Assembly (NCBI GenBank): GCA_964516545.1
Contig: CAZEXO010000004.1
Coordinates: forward strand, 1 to 50,933
Direction: 5' to 3'
DNA length: 50,933 bases
DNA from: an uncultured Melioribacteraceae bacterium
Lineage (GTDB): Bacteria > Bacteroidota > Ignavibacteria > Ignavibacteriales > Melioribacteraceae
Shown here in pieces: positions 47,376 through 50,933 of the stretch. Under the pieces are notes generated by a model that made no database searches, was not told the DNA's origin, and worked only from the letters and a program-made list of their open reading frames with translations. Each line of letters begins with the position of its first letter. Position 1 is the stretch's first letter. The translations under genes and the position numbers were made by a program.

Positions 47376-48545
47376 ATGAAAGAGCTTGAACTCAAATACG
47401 GCTGCAACCCGAACCAGAAGCCCTCGCGCATCTTCATGACGAACGGTCATCTGCCCATCGAGGTACTCGGCGGCAAGCCGGGCTACATCAATTTCCTCGA
47501 CGCCTTCAACAGCTGGCAGCTTGTCCGCGAACTGAGCGCAGCAACGAATCTCCCCTGCGCCGCCTCCTTCAAGCACGTCTCCCCCGCCGGCGCCGCCGTC
47601 GGCCTCCCCCTGACCGATATCGATAAAAAGATATACTTCGTCGAAGATATGTCCTTATCGCCTCTCGCTTGCGCCTATGTCCGGGCACGGGGCGCTGACC
47701 GCGTCAGCTCCTACGGCGACTGGGCTGCGCTGTCCGACACGTGTGACGAGGAGACGGCGGCCGTTCTTGCCCTGGAGGTCTCCGACGGCGTCATCGCTCC
47801 AGGATATACGCAAAAGGCGCTGGAAATTCTCAGAACAAAACGCAAGGGTTCCTACAACATTATCAAAATCGACCCGAACTATATCCCGGAACAAATCGAA
47901 CATAAGGACGTCTTCGGCGTCACCTTCGAGCAGGGTCGGAACGAGCTTAAAATCGGTGCGGATATGCTCTCCGATATTGTCACGAAAAACAAGGACCTCA
48001 CCGACAGTGCCAAACGCGACCTCATCGTCGCGCTCATCACCCTCAAGTATACGCAGTCCAATTCCGTCTGCTATGTGAAGGACGGCCAGGCCATCGGTAT
48101 CGGCGCCGGCCAGCAAAGCCGCATCCACTGTACACGCCTTGCAGGCAGCAAAGCCGACCGGTGGTGGCTGCGCCGCCACCCGAAGGTGCTGGGCCTGAAA
48201 TTCAAAGATATCGGCCGCCCCACGCGCGACACGACCATCGATATCTATCTGACGGACGAGTACGAGGACGTCACGGCGGACGGCTCCTGGGAAGGGCTTT
48301 TTGAGGAAAGGCCGCCTGTATTGACAGAAGCCGAGAAGAAAGATTGGATTTCGAGCTTGAGCGGGGCCGCTCTCGGCAGTGACGCCTTCTTCCCCTTCAG
48401 CGATAACATTGAGCGCGCAAAAAAATCCGGCGTCCAATACATCGCCGAGCCCGGCGGCTCCATCCGCGACGACAGTGTTATCGAAACCTGCGACAAGTAC
48501 GGCATGGTCATGGCATTCACGGGGATACGGCTGTTCCATCATTAA
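47376..48545 (+). CDS. AICAR formyltransferase (PurH, AICARFT domain only)
   Basis: 389 aa. AGGAGG SD. LKYGCNPNQ, SFKHVSPAG and QPGG-type EPGGSIRD motifs of the PurH C-terminal domain. The MGS-like IMPCH domain is absent. Confidence 0.9.
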   Translation: MKELELKYGCNPNQKPSRIFMTNGHLPIEVLGGKPGYINFLDAFNSWQLVRELSAATNLPCAASFKHVSPAGAAVGLPLTDIDKKIYFVEDMSLSPLACAYVRARGADRVSSYGDWAALSDTCDEETAAVLALEVSDGVIAPGYTQKALEILRTKRKGSYNIIKIDPNYIPEQIEHKDVFGVTFEQGRNELKIGADMLSDIVTKNKDLTDSAKRDLIVALITLKYTQSNSVCYVKDGQAIGIGAGQQSRIHCTRLAGSKADRWWLRRHPKVLGLKFKDIGRPTRDTTIDIYLTDEYEDVTADGSWEGLFEERPPVLTEAEKKDWISSLSGAALGSDAFFPFSDNIERAKKSGVQYIAEPGGSIRDDSVIETCDKYGMVMAFTGIRLFHH

Positions 48546-48573
48546 TGTCTTTTAGGGGCGGGAGGTCATCATC

Positions 48574-49836
48574 ATGAACGTTCTTGTCGTTGGCGGCGGC
48601 GGACGCGAGCACGCCATCTGCTGGGCGCTCCGGAAATCGCCGCGTGTTGAAAAGCTCTACTGCGCGCCTGGAAACGGCGGGATCGCAGGAATTGCCGAAT
48701 GCGTTGACATCAAGGCCACCGATATCGACGGTATCCTGAGCTATGTCAAGTCAAACGCCATCGATTTCGTCATGGTCGCGCCGGACGATCCGCTGGCACT
48801 GGGTCTTGTCGACGCTCTTGAAAACGCCGGCGTCCGCGCCTTCGGCCCACGCGCAAATGCAGTGCTTATTGAAGCGAGCAAGGTGTTCTCAAAAAGCCTC
48901 ATGAAGAAATACGGCATCCCGACGGCGGAATACGAGGTTTTCTCGGATATCGGCAAGGCAATTGCTTATATTAACGAAAAGGGCGCGCCGATTGTTGTCA
49001 AGGCCGACGGGCTGGCACTGGGTAAGGGCGTCGTCGTCGCCCAGGATGCCGACACGGCTGTCAATGCCGTCAAGTCCATGATGCTGGATAAGAAATTCGG
49101 CAGCAGCGGACTGAACGTCGTCATCGAGGAATTTATGACAGGCCCCGAGGTCACGGTATTGGCATTTACGGACGGCAGGTCGATCATCCCCATGCTGTCG
49201 TCTCAGGACCACAAGCGCGTCAATGACAACGACGAGGGTCCGAACACCGGCGGCATGGGCGCTATTTGCCCCAGTCCCAACTACACGCCGGAGATCGCGG
49301 AAACCTGCATGAAAACGATCTTCTTGCCGACAATCGAGGCAATGAAAAAGGAAGGCCGCGTCTTTAAGGGTGTCATCTATTTTGGCTTGATGCTCACCCC
49401 CAAGGGACCCCGTGTCGTGGAGTACAACGCGCGCTTCGGCGACCCGGAGACGCAGCCGATCCTGTCAATGCTGGAAACCGATATTCTCGAAATATTTGAA
49501 GCTGTTGTTGACGAAAAGCTTGATCGGATACAGATCAAATGGCGGCCCGGCGCCGCCTGCACAATAGTCATGGCCAGCGGCGGATACCCCGAAAGCTACG
49601 AAAAGGGCTATGAAATCACCGGCCTAGACGCCATTCCGGAAGACATCACCGTGTTCCACGCCGGGACAAAGCTTATGGGCGGCAAGTACCACACAAACGG
49701 CGGGCGCGTCTTGGGTGTTACGGCGACAGCCGATTCCCTCCGGAATGCAGTCAGGCGCGCTTACGAGGGCGTGAAAAGCATCAGTTTTAATAAGGCGCAT
49801 TACAGGACAGATATCGGGCGAATCAATACAGACTGA
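48574..49836 (+). CDS. purD: phosphoribosylamine--glycine ligase
   Basis: 420 aa. MNVLVVGGGGREHAI, ATP-grasp core, EYNARFGDPETQ. GGGAGG SD. Confidence 0.95.
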   Translation: MNVLVVGGGGREHAICWALRKSPRVEKLYCAPGNGGIAGIAECVDIKATDIDGILSYVKSNAIDFVMVAPDDPLALGLVDALENAGVRAFGPRANAVLIEASKVFSKSLMKKYGIPTAEYEVFSDIGKAIAYINEKGAPIVVKADGLALGKGVVVAQDADTAVNAVKSMMLDKKFGSSGLNVVIEEFMTGPEVTVLAFTDGRSIIPMLSSQDHKRVNDNDEGPNTGGMGAICPSPNYTPEIAETCMKTIFLPTIEAMKKEGRVFKGVIYFGLMLTPKGPRVVEYNARFGDPETQPILSMLETDILEIFEAVVDEKLDRIQIKWRPGAACTIVMASGGYPESYEKGYEITGLDAIPEDITVFHAGTKLMGGKYHTNGGRVLGVTATADSLRNAVRRAYEGVKSISFNKAHYRTDIGRINTD

Positions 49837-49870
49837 GCAAAAGGCGGTCGGCAGAAAAGGAGCAGACAAC

Positions 49871-50770
49871 ATGCCTAAATCAAGAAAAACTCGGTTATTC
49901 TGGATTCGAGCTAAACAAGCAGCCAGAAAAAGCCCGTGGCTTTTCACCTGTTACTGGATTTTGAGGCTGATGGTTGTCGGCGTTCTGATCGCACAGATCA
50001 TGAACGGAGATTACGGCAATGCGTTCATATGTATCCTGACGCTTGTTCTTTTTATGATACCGACCTTTGTGGAAAAACGAATCAAGGTCGACGTGCCGGA
50101 TACGCTGGAAGTCATCGTTCTCCTCTTTATTTTTGCAGCCCAAATACTTGGAGAGATACGTGAATTCTACCTCAATGTCCCCGGCTGGGACACGATGCTA
50201 CATACTGTCAATGGCTTTTTGTGCGCGGCCATCGGTATTGCAATGATCGATATTCTGAACAGGCATGGCAGGTTCTCCATCAGTATGTCCCCCGCTTTTG
50301 TGGCGCTCGTGGCTTTTTGTTTTTCCATGACTATCGGCGTTTTGTGGGAATTCATCGAGTACGGTGCCGATATGCTTTTCCGATACGACATGCAAAAGGA
50401 CACGCTGGTATCCTCCATCAGCTCTGTTTATATCAATCCGGAAGGTAGAAACGTACCTGTTGTTATCTCGGATATTTTGAAAACGGTCGTCTCCGGTCGT
50501 GTCAACGGGCAGCCGGCTGAAATAGTTATAAACGGCTATCTCGATATCGGGATAATCGATACGATGAAGGACTTATTCGTTAATTTTTTTGGCGCGGTAG
50601 TATTTTCTGTCATCGGGTATATCTATATTAAAAACCGCGGTGAGAGCAAAAACAGCAGGTTTGTCAGGCGTTTTATCCTGACTAAAATCACCGCCGCTGA
50701 GACAAGGACACAGCGCGCAAACACCGAAAAAGCCAGTAAAAACAATAAAAGGCCGGATGGAGATTCATGA
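49871..50770 (+). CDS. polytopic membrane protein, function unknown
   Basis: 299 aa. AAGGAG SD. About 6 hydrophobic helices. WDTMLH and WEFIEYG motifs are reminiscent of DUF2238/YjdF-like proteins, at low certainty. Confidence 0.7.
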   Translation: MPKSRKTRLFWIRAKQAARKSPWLFTCYWILRLMVVGVLIAQIMNGDYGNAFICILTLVLFMIPTFVEKRIKVDVPDTLEVIVLLFIFAAQILGEIREFYLNVPGWDTMLHTVNGFLCAAIGIAMIDILNRHGRFSISMSPAFVALVAFCFSMTIGVLWEFIEYGADMLFRYDMQKDTLVSSISSVYINPEGRNVPVVISDILKTVVSGRVNGQPAEIVINGYLDIGIIDTMKDLFVNFFGAVVFSVIGYIYIKNRGESKNSRFVRRFILTKITAAETRTQRANTEKASKNNKRPDGDS

Positions 50771-50801
50771 TTTGCTGCTTGGCTTCGGCCAATAATGTAA
50801 G

Positions 50802-50830
50802 TTGACAAGGACCCTCATATATGTTACTAT
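50802..50830 (+). promoter_or_regulatory. sigma-70/SigA-type promoter for the tRNA
   Basis: TTGACA (50802-50807), a 17-nt spacer, then TACTAT (50825-50830), about 20 nt upstream of the tRNA 5' end. Confidence 0.5.
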
Positions 50831-50849
50831 ACTTTCTGCGTCTGAGTAC

Positions 50850-50933
50850 GGAGAGATACCGAAGCGGTCATAACGGAACGGTCTTGAAAACCGTCGTACG
50901 GCAACGTACCGTGGGTTCGAATCCCACTCTCTC
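50850..50933 (+). tRNA. tRNA-Ser (anticodon UGA), 3' end clipped by the window edge
   Basis: Hand fold: acceptor GGAGAGA/TCTCTC(C), D arm CCG..CGG, anticodon stem ACGGT/ACCGT with loop CTTGAAA, long variable arm GTACG-GCAA-CGTAC, T arm GTGGG-TTCGAAT-CCCAC. Confidence 0.9.

Noticed and set aside
47655-48542. 295-aa minus-strand ORF, plus several other long antisense or overlapping ORFs in 46963-50418 (for example 46963..47298, 47343..47576, 47677..48078, 48889..49212, 49624..49947)
   Set aside because: These are typical stop-poor shadow frames of GC-rich coding DNA. They have Arg/Ala/Gly-rich or Ser/Pro/Arg/Thr-rich low-information sequence and no SD. They fully overlap purH and purD, which carry unmistakable catalytic motifs.
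46819-50933. GC-rich segment, considered as a horizontally transferred genomic island
   Set aside because: Both boundary genes are cut mid-domain at the same point. The cargo is core purine metabolism plus a tRNA, with no mobility genes or flanking repeats. The segment runs to the window edge. A chimeric join is more parsimonious, but read-level evidence is needed.

Overview
The window looks like two unrelated pieces joined at about 46,810-46,820.

LEFT PIECE (1 to ~46,815). This is AT-rich: 17/60 and 23/60 G+C in two 60-nt lines I counted by hand. It is densely coding. The gene content resembles the FCB group or Ignavibacteria, which is inference only. In order, it holds:
- a TetR-regulated TolC/adaptor/RND efflux operon
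- a UPF0371 protein
- an M16 peptidase, an aldehyde dehydrogenase, a PIN-PhoH protein, an HExxH metallopeptidase and a tricorn-like protease
- a ferredoxin
- a MacB-type ABC ATPase and its FtsX permease, separated by four small, individually terminated genes that include a tandem pair of exported NTF2-like paralogs
- a translationally coupled minus-strand operon: SpoIID-like, GT4, BatA_N/vWA, HflX
- a 1702-aa secreted protein with seven lamin-tail-domain (LTD) modules
- an acid phosphatase
- a Y_Y_Y sensor kinase with a NarL-type response regulator that is cut off mid-gene

RIGHT PIECE (~46,819 to 50,933). This is GC-rich: 42/60 and 41/60 in two hand-counted lines. It has strong AGGAGG-type Shine-Dalgarno sites and a Clostridia-like purine block. 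That block is a 5'-truncated PurO-type IMP cyclohydrolase, an AICARFT-only PurH and PurD. A membrane protein, a canonical promoter and a tRNA-Ser(UGA) clipped by the window end follow.

I saw no CRISPR array, transposase, integrase or rRNA. I cannot point to a clear-cut new defence or mobile system. The most notable signals are the mid-gene compositional breakpoint, the LTD/CARDB modular giant and the small-gene insert inside the ABC locus. All product calls come from motif recognition by eye, not from searches.
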